Source of the DNA: a virus
Lineage: Duplodnaviria > Caudoviricetes
DNA: 46,101 nt
Virus record (IMG/VR): IMGVR_UViG_3300037448_000006
Location: 1-46,101 of that record
Reading direction: 5' to 3' (one strand)
Position numbers and translations under genes: made by a program. Within the stretch, counting starts at the first letter, position 1. Each line of letters opens with the position of its first letter. Below are positions 15,483 to 22,649 of this stretch, piece after piece. The notes under the pieces are model-generated. The model saw nothing but the letters and a program-made list of their open reading frames with translations, had not been told where the DNA came from and made no database searches.

Positions 15483-16293
15483 TCTCGGACGTGCTGTCAT
15501 GGAGGGCATGGGGGACCTCGTCCCCCTGCCCGACCCCTTCCGCGCCTTCCGTGAGGCGGGGGCTAGGATCTACCGTGGCGAGGTGACCGAGTTCGCCGGA
15601 CCCTCCGGATCCATGAAGACGATCCTCGGCCTGAACATCGCACACCAGCTCGGCGTGCCATCGCTGTACTTCTCCAACGACAGCACCAGGTATACGATCA
15701 TCGCCCGTTCGCTGGCCATGCTCACCGGCAAGCCGTTCGAAGTGTGCGAGAAGATCGTGCAGTCCAACCCGGAAGAGGCGGCCTACGTCCTCAGGGCGTG
15801 GGACAACATCCGCTTTGACTTCTTCTCCTCGCCGAACATGGACCGCATCTGCACCTACGGCGAAGCGTTCCGGGAGATGTACGGCGAGTACCCCCACGCC
15901 ACGTGGGTGGACATCGCCATGAACGTGGACCATGAGGGCATCGAAGCCCAGCAGTACTGGTCCATGTTCAAGGAGCTCAAGAAGATCGCCGAAGAGTGGC
16001 AGACGGCGATGATCGTGATCCACCACACCCGCGAAGGCGGGGAGAACAAGTACAACCCGTGCCCCCCGAAGAGCGCGGTGTTCGGGAAGGCGGATCACCT
16101 TCCCGCCCTGATCGTCACGCAGGTGGGCGCTGGTGACCGCATCCTCTTCTCGCCGGTGAAGAACCGGAACGGCAAGCATGACCCCACCGGCCAGCTGCAC
16201 TATCAGCTGGCCGTGGATCCCGGCAGGTGCAAGGTGTGGGACATCGTTCCGGAGCGGGCTCCGCTCCATGACCACAAGGCAGTGAAGGCATGA
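15475..16293 (+). CDS. DnaB/RecA-family replicative helicase (ATPase domain only)
   Basis: Walker A GPSGSMKT, Walker B-like WVD, LKKIAEE..IVIHH and VKNRNG. Confidence 0.88.
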   Translation: MRSLGRAVMEGMGDLVPLPDPFRAFREAGARIYRGEVTEFAGPSGSMKTILGLNIAHQLGVPSLYFSNDSTRYTIIARSLAMLTGKPFEVCEKIVQSNPEEAAYVLRAWDNIRFDFFSSPNMDRICTYGEAFREMYGEYPHATWVDIAMNVDHEGIEAQQYWSMFKELKKIAEEWQTAMIVIHHTREGGENKYNPCPPKSAVFGKADHLPALIVTQVGAGDRILFSPVKNRNGKHDPTGQLHYQLAVDPGRCKVWDIVPERAPLHDHKAVKA

Positions 16294-16430
16294 ACGACAT
16301 CGAGAGTATCGAGCGTATGCTCAAGGCGTGGAAGAGGGACTACGAGAACGGCCGCATGGCCGAGTCCGAGTACCTGCGCATGAGGAACTCGTGGGAGACC
16401 CGCCTGCGCCAGCTCAAGGAGGCCAAGTGA
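16290..16430 (+). CDS. hypothetical protein (46 aa)
   Basis: ATGA overlap; MNDIESIERMLKAW... Confidence 0.65.
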   Translation: MNDIESIERMLKAWKRDYENGRMAESEYLRMRNSWETRLRQLKEAK

Positions 16431-16537
16431 CCGTCTGCCCCGAGGACAAGGGAGGTCGGCACCTCTGGGCCGACCTCCTGGACGGCTGGTTCTGTCTGCA
16501 CTGCGGTGCGAGCTACAGTGAGGAGTCCAAGAAGTGA
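16427..16537 (+). CDS. Zn-ribbon microprotein
   Basis: MTVCPEDKGGRHLWADLLDGWFCLHCGASYSEESKK. Confidence 0.7.
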   Translation: MTVCPEDKGGRHLWADLLDGWFCLHCGASYSEESKK

Positions 16538-16644
16538 GCGAGACCCACTGCCCCGAGTCGCCGGACGGGAAGCACGTCTGGCGGCGGTACGAACGCAAGA
16601 TCATCCGCTGCATCGCCTGCGAGAGGCTGGAGAAGGTCAAGTGA
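16534..16644 (+). CDS. Zn-ribbon microprotein
   Basis: MSETHCPESPDGKHVWRRYERKIIRCIACERLEKVK. Confidence 0.7.
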   Translation: MSETHCPESPDGKHVWRRYERKIIRCIACERLEKVK

Positions 16645-16796
16645 GCGAGCAGGGCTGGCAGTCCTACTGTCGCCGATGTGGCGGCATGGAGTTCCACGAG
16701 GATGCTGAGGGCAACGAGATCCCCATTCCTCGCGACGAGCAGTGCGACTGCTTCAAGGTGACCTGCCCCCACTGTGGAGAGGAGTTCGACAGATGA
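16641..16796 (+). CDS. small Cys-rich protein
   Basis: YCRRCGG...CDC..VTCPHCG. Confidence 0.7.
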   Translation: MSEQGWQSYCRRCGGMEFHEDAEGNEIPIPRDEQCDCFKVTCPHCGEEFDR

Positions 16797-16915
16797 GTGA
16801 GTGCCCCGGAAACCCGCAGGGCCATGTGTACAAGTCCATCGGAGTCAACACGTACGAGTGCGTGTACTGCTTCCTGAAGAAGGTCTTCGCCGAGATGACG
16901 AAGGGGTGGTCATGA
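16793..16915 (+). CDS. Zn-ribbon microprotein
   Basis: MSECPGNPQGHVYKSIGVNTYECVYCFLKKVFAEMTKGWS. Confidence 0.7.
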   Translation: MSECPGNPQGHVYKSIGVNTYECVYCFLKKVFAEMTKGWS

Positions 16916-17076
16916 GGATCTACTACCGGCCTCGCAAGCAGGAGGCCAAGATCATGATCACTCTGAGCAGGGATGAGGTGGACGTGATCCTCGGTGAGCC
17001 CCATTCCTCAGCCGGGTTCCTGGTCGACATGCGGGCCAAGCTGCGCCTGATGCGGGAGGAGGGGAGGTTCAAGTGA
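16912..17076 (+). CDS. hypothetical protein
   Basis: ATGA overlap; MRIYYRPR... Confidence 0.7.
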   Translation: MRIYYRPRKQEAKIMITLSRDEVDVILGEPHSSAGFLVDMRAKLRLMREEGRFK

Positions 17077-17219
17077 GCGAGCACTTCGCCAGCGCGGAGA
17101 TGGCCAAGTTCTACTGCGAGAACTGTGATAGCTACAGCTACGCCTACGGGTGGAGGGACATCCTCTCGACCGGCGGGCAGATCCGCTGCGACTGCTCCGA
17201 CTTCGAGGAGGAGAAGTGA
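17073..17219 (+). CDS. small Cys-rich protein
   Basis: GGAGG RBS; FYCENC...IRCDC. Confidence 0.65.
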   Translation: MSEHFASAEMAKFYCENCDSYSYAYGWRDILSTGGQIRCDCSDFEEEK

Positions 17220-17626
17220 CCGACAGCCGCGTCGCCCGTGGGCGCAAGACTCAGGTCATCGCCGCCGACTACCTCAAGCCCGTGTTCCCCGACGCCGAGA
17301 GCCGTGCCGCCTCCCTGGGCGGCACGGACATCCTGAACACTCCCGGCTGGGCACTGGAGGTCAAGGGTCGCCGGGAGTTCAAGCCCACCGAGTGGTCCAA
17401 GCAGATGGTCAAGAACACGAACCGTGACTTCGACTGGTCCGCCTGCATCATGCGGCCCGACGGGTACGGGGAGGCGAAGGTCGGCCAGTGGGTGACCTTC
17501 ATGCTGTTCGAGGACTTCCGGGCACTGATCGGCTGCATGCAGCGGCTGGAGCGAGAGGTGGAGCGACTTGAATCAGAGAACCTCGGCCTTCTCTTCCCAC
17601 TCCTTTCCGATCAGCCCGATCCTTGA
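17216..17626 (+). CDS. Holliday junction resolvase (PD-(D/E)XK type)
   Basis: SRVARGRKTQ..ADYL, GTDIL, LEVKGR. Confidence 0.8.
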   Translation: MTDSRVARGRKTQVIAADYLKPVFPDAESRAASLGGTDILNTPGWALEVKGRREFKPTEWSKQMVKNTNRDFDWSACIMRPDGYGEAKVGQWVTFMLFEDFRALIGCMQRLEREVERLESENLGLLFPLLSDQPDP

Positions 17627-17981
17627 GCACTACGGGTTCGACCCCGTAGAGGAAGACCGTGGCTGGCACGACGTGAGGTGCGCCTTTCACGGGGACCGCA
17701 GCGCCTCAGGGCGCGTGCGGTCCGACGAGTCCGAGGAGCAGGTGTTCACGTGCCTCGCATACGACACCTGCCCTCGGGGCAACGCAGTCCAGATCATCAT
17801 GGCCAAGGAAGGGTGCGAGTACCGGGATGCTGTCGAGCGAGCAGAGGAAATCACTGGAGTCAGCGGCGGACCGGTACGCCGATCATCTCGAACTCGCCAT
17901 GCCGTACCTCGCGAAGCGAGGTCTGAGTCGGCAGTCAGCGTCTTCCGTCGGACTTGGCTTCGTGAAGAGGCCGACGAGTGA
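17568..17981 (+). CDS. DNA primase, Zn-binding (CHC2) part
   Basis: CAFHGDRSAS...FTCLAYDTC..GNAVQIIMAKEG. Confidence 0.85.
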   Translation: MNQRTSAFSSHSFPISPILEHYGFDPVEEDRGWHDVRCAFHGDRSASGRVRSDESEEQVFTCLAYDTCPRGNAVQIIMAKEGCEYRDAVERAEEITGVSGGPVRRSSRTRHAVPREARSESAVSVFRRTWLREEADE

Positions 17982-18492
17982 CGAGCCCGACCTGCTGCCG
18001 GGGCACGAGAAGTATATCGGTCGACTCTCCATCCCGTACGTCACCAGGGCGGGCGTGATCGGCTTCAAGTTCCGGTGCATCAAGTGTGCCGGTGACTGCG
18101 TGGGGCACGCCAAGTACCTGAATACATCGGGATGGGAGACGCGGTTCTACAACACGCTCGACCTCCACGAGGACACGTTGGACATCCATGTGGCGGAGGG
18201 TGAGTTCGACACCGTCACCCTGTCCACCCTGTGCGGCCTGCCCGCTGTCGGCATCCCCGGTGCCACCAACTGGAAGCCGTGGTGGAAGGAGATCCTGGAG
18301 GATTTCCGGTGGATCTACGTGTTCTGCGACAGCGATTCGGCGGGGAGTGGCCTGGGGCGCAAGCTCCAGAAGGAGCTTGGCCGGAAGGTTGTCCTGCTGG
18401 AGTTCGACGAGCCGGACATGGATGTGAACAGCATGTATGTGAAGCGCGGCCGGGAGTTCATCCGGTCCATGATCCCCAAGGAGAGCAAGTGA
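17827..18492 (+). CDS. DNA primase, TOPRIM part
   Basis: YLAKRG, RLSIPY, KYLN, VAEGEFD, GIPGA and CDSDSAG. Confidence 0.9.
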   Translation: MLSSEQRKSLESAADRYADHLELAMPYLAKRGLSRQSASSVGLGFVKRPTSDEPDLLPGHEKYIGRLSIPYVTRAGVIGFKFRCIKCAGDCVGHAKYLNTSGWETRFYNTLDLHEDTLDIHVAEGEFDTVTLSTLCGLPAVGIPGATNWKPWWKEILEDFRWIYVFCDSDSAGSGLGRKLQKELGRKVVLLEFDEPDMDVNSMYVKRGREFIRSMIPKESK

Positions 18493-18656
18493 GCCAGGTC
18501 TACATCCTGTGGTGGGAGAACGAAGACGGGGACTGGGACTTCATCTCGGCCCACGCGACCCGCGAGTCGGCCGAGGATGCGATGGAGGAGGAGCTGGCCT
18601 CCGACCCTGACTGCGAGTACTACACCACCCCGCTGACCCTGAAGGAGAGCAAGTGA
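18489..18656 (+). CDS. acidic hypothetical protein
   Basis: AAGGAG RBS; MSQVYILWWE...SAHATRESAE. Confidence 0.75.
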   Translation: MSQVYILWWENEDGDWDFISAHATRESAEDAMEEELASDPDCEYYTTPLTLKESK

Positions 18657-18901
18657 GCGACGAAGAGCGGTGGGCTGTCTATCTGGACTTCAATCACACG
18701 AACGACAGGATCAGGATCGTCTACACGATCCCGCTGGGCGGGACGATCGGAAGTCGAGAGCAGGCGCGAATCCATCTTGGCCAGATGCAGTTCGGTGACG
18801 TCGCCAGCGACTACTGGGAGGTCGACGAGCTGGAACTCCCGCACGGCTACAAGTTCCAGACGTACTACGTAGCGCGGTACTTCGACGGCGACGAGAAGTG
18901 A
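18653..18901 (+). CDS. hypothetical protein
   Basis: AAGGAG RBS, GTGA overlap. Confidence 0.75.
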   Translation: MSDEERWAVYLDFNHTNDRIRIVYTIPLGGTIGSREQARIHLGQMQFGDVASDYWEVDELELPHGYKFQTYYVARYFDGDEK

Positions 18902-19320
18902 TGGCCCGCCCAGACTGGGCCGAGACATGGCTGTCCGTCGCCCGGGTCATGGCTGAGCGCTCCCTGTGTGCACGGCGCCAGGTAGGCGCCGTGCTGGTCA
19001 AGGACAATCGGATCATCTCGACCGGCTATAACGGAACTCCGCCCGGAGAGGCGGAGTGCCTTGACGGAGGGTGCCCCCGAGGAGGGCTCACAGGGCCCCT
19101 TCCGGAGGACTACAACGCCTACCCCTGCCTGGGTATCCACGCGGAGGCGAACGCCCTTCTGAGGGCCGGTTCTGTGGCTTCCGGAAGCGTGCTCTACTGC
19201 ACGCACAGACCGTGTCCGCAGTGCCAGAACCTGATCATGGGCGCCGGGGTGGGCATGGTCGTATGGCCTGGCCATGTGAACCTGGGCCAGTGGTGGCCGA
19301 GGAACGGAAGGCTGCCCTAG
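18901..19320 (+). CDS. deoxycytidylate (dCMP) deaminase
   Basis: RSLCARRQVGAV, STGYNG, HAEANAL and PCPQC. Confidence 0.93.
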   Translation: MARPDWAETWLSVARVMAERSLCARRQVGAVLVKDNRIISTGYNGTPPGEAECLDGGCPRGGLTGPLPEDYNAYPCLGIHAEANALLRAGSVASGSVLYCTHRPCPQCQNLIMGAGVGMVVWPGHVNLGQWWPRNGRLP

Positions 19321-19394
19321 TGTGTCTGGACTGCGAGGGCCAGTACGATGACGACGAGTTCGACGACTACGATGAGGAGGAGGCCGATGAGTGA
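19320..19394 (+). CDS. 24-aa acidic peptide
   Basis: MCLDCEGQYDDDEFDDYDEEEADE, coupled on both sides. Confidence 0.5.
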   Translation: MCLDCEGQYDDDEFDDYDEEEADE

Positions 19395-19659
19395 CACCGA
19401 GGCTGAAGAGGGCGACCTGATCTTCACGAAGTACGGGTTCTACATCTTCGTGAAGTTCGGCGCCAGGTACAATCAGCGCGGGATCAGCGGTCCGAAGCGG
19501 GTCTACGCCCGATACGTCCACAGTGACGGGCGGATCGACGAGAAGGCCACTGCTGCCCCTTACGAGTACCTGGTCATCGCCCGTCCGGGCAAGACCCTCG
19601 GCGGAGTCTGGGAGAACGGCTACCTGAAGGTGGCCATGGACGCCTGGCGGGAAGTGTAG
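19387..19659 (+). CDS. hypothetical protein
   Basis: GGAGGAGG RBS. Confidence 0.8.
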   Translation: MSDTEAEEGDLIFTKYGFYIFVKFGARYNQRGISGPKRVYARYVHSDGRIDEKATAAPYEYLVIARPGKTLGGVWENGYLKVAMDAWREV

Positions 19660-19663
19660 GAAA

Positions 19664-19689
19664 GGTGGCGGCCCCTGAAGGCCGCCACC
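19664..19689 (+). terminator. GC-rich hairpin (no U-tract)
   Basis: GGTGGCGGCC-CCTGAA-GGCCGCCACC. Confidence 0.6.
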
Positions 19690-19693
19690 CAAT

Positions 19694-19754
19694 GGGCTGT
19701 GATATGGGTCGGAACCAGTGCACGGGTTCAGGGGGTTCGAGTCCCTCCAGTCCA
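19694..19754 (+). ncRNA. Mini tRNA-like RNA with alanine identity (tmRNA-TLD-like, no D stem)
   Basis: Acceptor GGGCTG/CAGTCC+A with G3.U; T arm GGGGG-TTCGAGT-CCCTC; middle stem GAACC/GGTTC with TGC in an 8-nt loop. Confidence 0.65.
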
Positions 19755-19782
19755 CGCAAGTACAAGTCCACAAGGAGGAACT

Positions 19783-19914
19783 ATGGTCCAGAAGGTACCC
19801 ATCAACTCCGGCTGCGCGAAGTCGCCGAACGGACGCCACACCTGGGAGAACGGCCGTGACGATGCCGGACGCATCGTCACCTGGTGCCGCTACTGCCACA
19901 ACCTTCCGAAGTAG
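19783..19914 (+). CDS. Zn-ribbon microprotein
   Basis: AAGGAGG RBS; CAKSPNGRHTW...WCRYC. Confidence 0.75.
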   Translation: MVQKVPINSGCAKSPNGRHTWENGRDDAGRIVTWCRYCHNLPK

Positions 19915-19923
19915 GAGGACATC

Positions 19924-20082
19924 ATGGGACGACGGAGCAAGGCGGACTACCGGATCGTGGACCGTGACAGCATCTGCCAGGTCACGGGCAAGGGGCACAT
20001 CCCGACCACGATCGAGCGCATGGAGGACGGAGCGCACGTGAAGTTCCACGTGTGCAAGGAGTGCGGGGGTCACATCCGGTGA
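19924..20082 (+). CDS. Zn-ribbon microprotein
   Basis: AGGAGG RBS; CQVTGKGH...VCKECG. Confidence 0.75.
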   Translation: MGRRSKADYRIVDRDSICQVTGKGHIPTTIERMEDGAHVKFHVCKECGGHIR

Positions 20083-20297
20083 TGGGTTACGACGGGGAGG
20101 AGGATGGCCCCTTCGGCCATCCTCTGGGCGGGTACGACATCAAGCTGATGGCTGAGCAGTTGGCCGCTACCATGGAGACCATCATGGGTCTCCAGCTCGA
20201 AGTGCAGACACTCAAGAGCCAGATCGACGGGATGACGTTAGTCGGACCGTCCAACGTGGTGCAGTTCCAGCCCCGCAACAGGAGGAACGATGGCTGA
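20082..20297 (+). CDS. hypothetical protein containing a TTA codon
   Basis: Coupled start; ends SNVVQFQPR...; in-frame TTA at 20238. Confidence 0.7.
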   Translation: MGYDGEEDGPFGHPLGGYDIKLMAEQLAATMETIMGLQLEVQTLKSQIDGMTLVGPSNVVQFQPRNRRNDG

Positions 20298-20505
20298 CAA
20301 GCTCTTCGACCACTGGTTCGTCCACCTGGACCAGGACAGCGGCAACAGTGTGGTGGGCCCGTTCAGTTCGAAGGATGCGCGAGAGACGGCGGAGCTGATG
20401 GTGGCCAACCGTGACGCCCAGGGCTACCGGATGGTCAAGACCGGCGCGCTCAGGTGGGAGTCGGAGACTCACTTCCTGACGATCGAAGTGAAGGCGAGTC
20501 GCTGA
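20290..20505 (+). CDS. hypothetical protein
   Basis: AGGAGG RBS. Confidence 0.8.
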   Translation: MADKLFDHWFVHLDQDSGNSVVGPFSSKDARETAELMVANRDAQGYRMVKTGALRWESETHFLTIEVKASR

Positions 20506-20750
20506 TGGCGCGCGCCATGTGGGACACGACGGAGGTCTACCGGGCATCCGTGAGGCACAAGGCTCCGTGGATGGAGTCGGGCGAGATGACTTCCTTCTAC
20601 GGACCGTACGAGGGTCCTGCCGGCAAGAGTCACGCGAAGCGCCGGATCAGGGATCAGCACGGGAGCGTGATCGAGGGCAAGGTGCAGAGGCTTGCCTGCG
20701 TCCATGACGGCAACGGCCCCGATCTTCAGTGGGTGGACGTCGATGAGTAG
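20505..20750 (+). CDS. hypothetical protein (paralog A)
   Basis: VYR..GPY..VQRL..QWVDVD. Confidence 0.8.
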   Translation: MARAMWDTTEVYRASVRHKAPWMESGEMTSFYGPYEGPAGKSHAKRRIRDQHGSVIEGKVQRLACVHDGNGPDLQWVDVDE

Positions 20751-20991
20751 GACCATGAAGCCGGAGAACACCGACATCTACCGGTGCGTCCAGGTGGAGC
20801 GGTACGCCGATGGGCGAACCTTCGAGGTGGTCGTGGGCCCGTATCCCACGACACAGTGGCTCAAGGGATCGACCGGCGCCCGTGGTCGAGTGGTCTCCCG
20901 CAGGATCCAGAGGCTGGAAGCCAAGCTGTCGTACGACTATGACGACAATGGCTTCGCTGCGGGACTGGAGTGGGTGGACGTCGATGGCTGA
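20743..20991 (+). CDS. hypothetical protein (paralog B)
   Basis: IYR..GPY..IQRL..EWVDVD. Confidence 0.8.
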   Translation: MSRTMKPENTDIYRCVQVERYADGRTFEVVVGPYPTTQWLKGSTGARGRVVSRRIQRLEAKLSYDYDDNGFAAGLEWVDVDG

Positions 20992-21148
20992 CCAGGATCC
21001 CATCACACAGGAGGATCTGCGCAACCTTGGTTTCGCTCTCTATACTGCGGGGTGCTGGACCGAGGGATCCCTGGCGCGGGCCTTCATCAAGATCGGTCAG
21101 GAGATCATCGACTTCGTTGACGGGATGAACGGGGAGGCTGATGACTGA
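20984..21148 (+). CDS. hypothetical protein
   Basis: Overlapping start MADQDPIT. Confidence 0.7.
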   Translation: MADQDPITQEDLRNLGFALYTAGCWTEGSLARAFIKIGQEIIDFVDGMNGEADD

Positions 21149-21242
21149 GGTCTACGACAACCGAAAGTGCCCCGAGTGCGGGGGCAAGCTGAGCCACAAG
21201 ATCGACTGTCCCCGCAGGGACTGGAGGCCGAGCCGTGGATAG
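21141..21242 (+). CDS. CxxC-H-C microprotein
   Basis: GGAGG RBS; KCPECGGKLSHKIDCP. Confidence 0.65.
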   Translation: MTEVYDNRKCPECGGKLSHKIDCPRRDWRPSRG

Positions 21243-21408
21243 GCAAGTCGTCCGCTTCTGCATCGAGGGTTCCGTCTCCCGTCACAACGATTCCCGTGAC
21301 GAAGTCGACGACGAGCAGTGGGATTTCCTGGTGAGCAAGATCCGGTCCATACTCGTGGAGCACGAGTACCTCATGGACAGCCTGAGGATCGAGGAGAGGC
21401 AGTGGTGA
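21235..21408 (+). CDS. hypothetical protein (57 aa)
   Basis: GGAGG RBS; MDRQVVRFCIEGSVSRHN... Confidence 0.65.
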   Translation: MDRQVVRFCIEGSVSRHNDSRDEVDDEQWDFLVSKIRSILVEHEYLMDSLRIEERQW

Positions 21409-21491
21409 GTCTCATCGACGTCCTGATCTGCCGGGAGTGCCGAAGGCCACTCCCGAACCACGACGCACTGTGTAGGAGGTGGCGGGGATGA
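21405..21491 (+). CDS. CxxC-H-C microprotein
   Basis: MSLIDVLICRECRRPLPNHDALCRRWRG. Confidence 0.6.
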   Translation: MSLIDVLICRECRRPLPNHDALCRRWRG

Positions 21492-21565
21492 TCGAGACGT
21501 GCCACTGGTGCGGCCTGGAGCGCGGTCACGCACCGAGGTGTCCGCACTACGGAGGCGGACAGTGA
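21488..21565 (+). CDS. CxxC-H-C microprotein
   Basis: AGGAGGT RBS; MIETCHWCGLERGHAPRCPHYGGGQ. Confidence 0.6.
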   Translation: MIETCHWCGLERGHAPRCPHYGGGQ

Positions 21566-21726
21566 GTCCTGAGGAGGTGCGGATCGAGATCAACCGCATC
21601 GACCTGGAACACTGGAACGCGGTCGATGCCCTGATCGACCGCGCCAAGAGCGCCGGAGTGGACCTCGACTACGACTGGCACGACGGCATACACAAGATCG
21701 ACGGGAAGTGGATCGATGAGTCCTGA
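21562..21726 (+). CDS. hypothetical protein (MSPE start)
   Basis: GGAGG RBS. Confidence 0.7.
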   Translation: MSPEEVRIEINRIDLEHWNAVDALIDRAKSAGVDLDYDWHDGIHKIDGKWIDES

Positions 21727-21940
21727 GCAGGACAGGTTCAACCGTCTCGCGGTCGAGTTCTGGAAGGAGTGCTGCGAAGCTCTCAAGCCCATCGAGGAGC
21801 GGTACGGCATGGAGCGCGTTGTCAGCGGTTACGAGTACGACGACGATGTGAGTTCACTCGGCCCGAAGTGGACGCGCTGGATGTCCCGTCCCGTCTACTC
21901 GATCGAGGACGAGATCGCGAGGGGCGCGGATGAGTCCTGA
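21716..21940 (+). CDS. hypothetical protein (MSPE start)
   Basis: 11-nt overlap with the upstream gene. Confidence 0.75.
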   Translation: MSPEQDRFNRLAVEFWKECCEALKPIEERYGMERVVSGYEYDDDVSSLGPKWTRWMSRPVYSIEDEIARGADES

Positions 21941-22091
21941 GGAGTGGGCCTTCAAGATCAGTGAGCTGATCAAGGAGTGCGAGAAGGACGGCTACAGCGT
22001 CGACGTGACGACGGAGGGCGATCTGACCATCTGGGTGGATGAGGCTCTCGATCCCGAACAGGTGGCGTCACCCATCTTCATCACTTGGTGA
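21930..22091 (+). CDS. hypothetical protein (MSPE start)
   Basis: GAGG RBS; MSPEEWAFKISELIKECEKDGY... Confidence 0.7.
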   Translation: MSPEEWAFKISELIKECEKDGYSVDVTTEGDLTIWVDEALDPEQVASPIFITW

Positions 22092-22094
22092 ACG

Positions 22095-22127
22095 CAAAGA
22101 AGCCCCCCTCTTTCGAGGGGGGCTTCT
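22095..22127. terminator. Terminator between the converging genome arms
   Basis: AGAAGCCCCCCTC-TTTC-GAGGGGGGCTTCT; U-rich tail on the - strand. Confidence 0.9.
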
Positions 22128-22135
22128 GTCGTTGC

Positions 22136-22450
22136 CTAGTAGAGCGCCTTCGCGACCCACTCCGTGCCGGTGTTCACGATCACCGCACCGTGGAAGGCGG
22201 AGGCCGCGAGTACCAGCGTGGTGGCGCCGTTGATGGTCTCGGAGGCGTTCGCGTCGATGGTGACGGTGAACGCGGCGCCGTCCTTGGTGATGCTGTAGGA
22301 GCGGCCCGGGATCGTGGTCGCGACGGGCGGGAGGTTCACCAGGATGTTGCCGGTGATGCCCTTCGCGTAGATGTCGTAGTCGTTGTCGGTCGCCGTGGTG
22401 GTGGCAGTGATGACCCGAACGGTCTCGGAGGTGTTGTCGAAGCCGGACAT
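22136..22450 (-). CDS. putative virion structural/decoration protein
   Basis: Thr/Ala-rich beta protein (VNLPP...GRSY.I...ETING). Confidence 0.8.
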   Translation of the reverse strand: MSGFDNTSETVRVITATTTATDNDYDIYAKGITGNILVNLPPVATTIPGRSYSITKDGAAFTVTIDANASETINGATTLVLAASAFHGAVIVNTGTEWVAKALY

Positions 22451-22451
22451 G

Positions 22452-22649
22452 TCAGCCCTTCGCTAGTGCGGCAGTGTTGGGATCGCCGATCTTCTTGGCG
22501 ATCAGAACCTTGACGGTCGTGAGGAGCACCGTGCCGACCGGGATCCACACCTCCGGCAGGTCGTTGATGTAAACGGCAGCCGCCGAGGCGGCTGCCGAGA
22601 CTGAGGTCCACAGAATGCGTTCCACGGCATCCTTGACGTACTCACGCAT
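22452..22649 (-). CDS. holin
   Basis: KDAVERILWT, two hydrophobic helices, C-terminal IGDPNTAAL (r1t-like holin pattern). Confidence 0.8.
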   Translation of the reverse strand: MREYVKDAVERILWTSVSAAASAAAVYINDLPEVWIPVGTVLLTTVKVLIAKKIGDPNTAALAKG

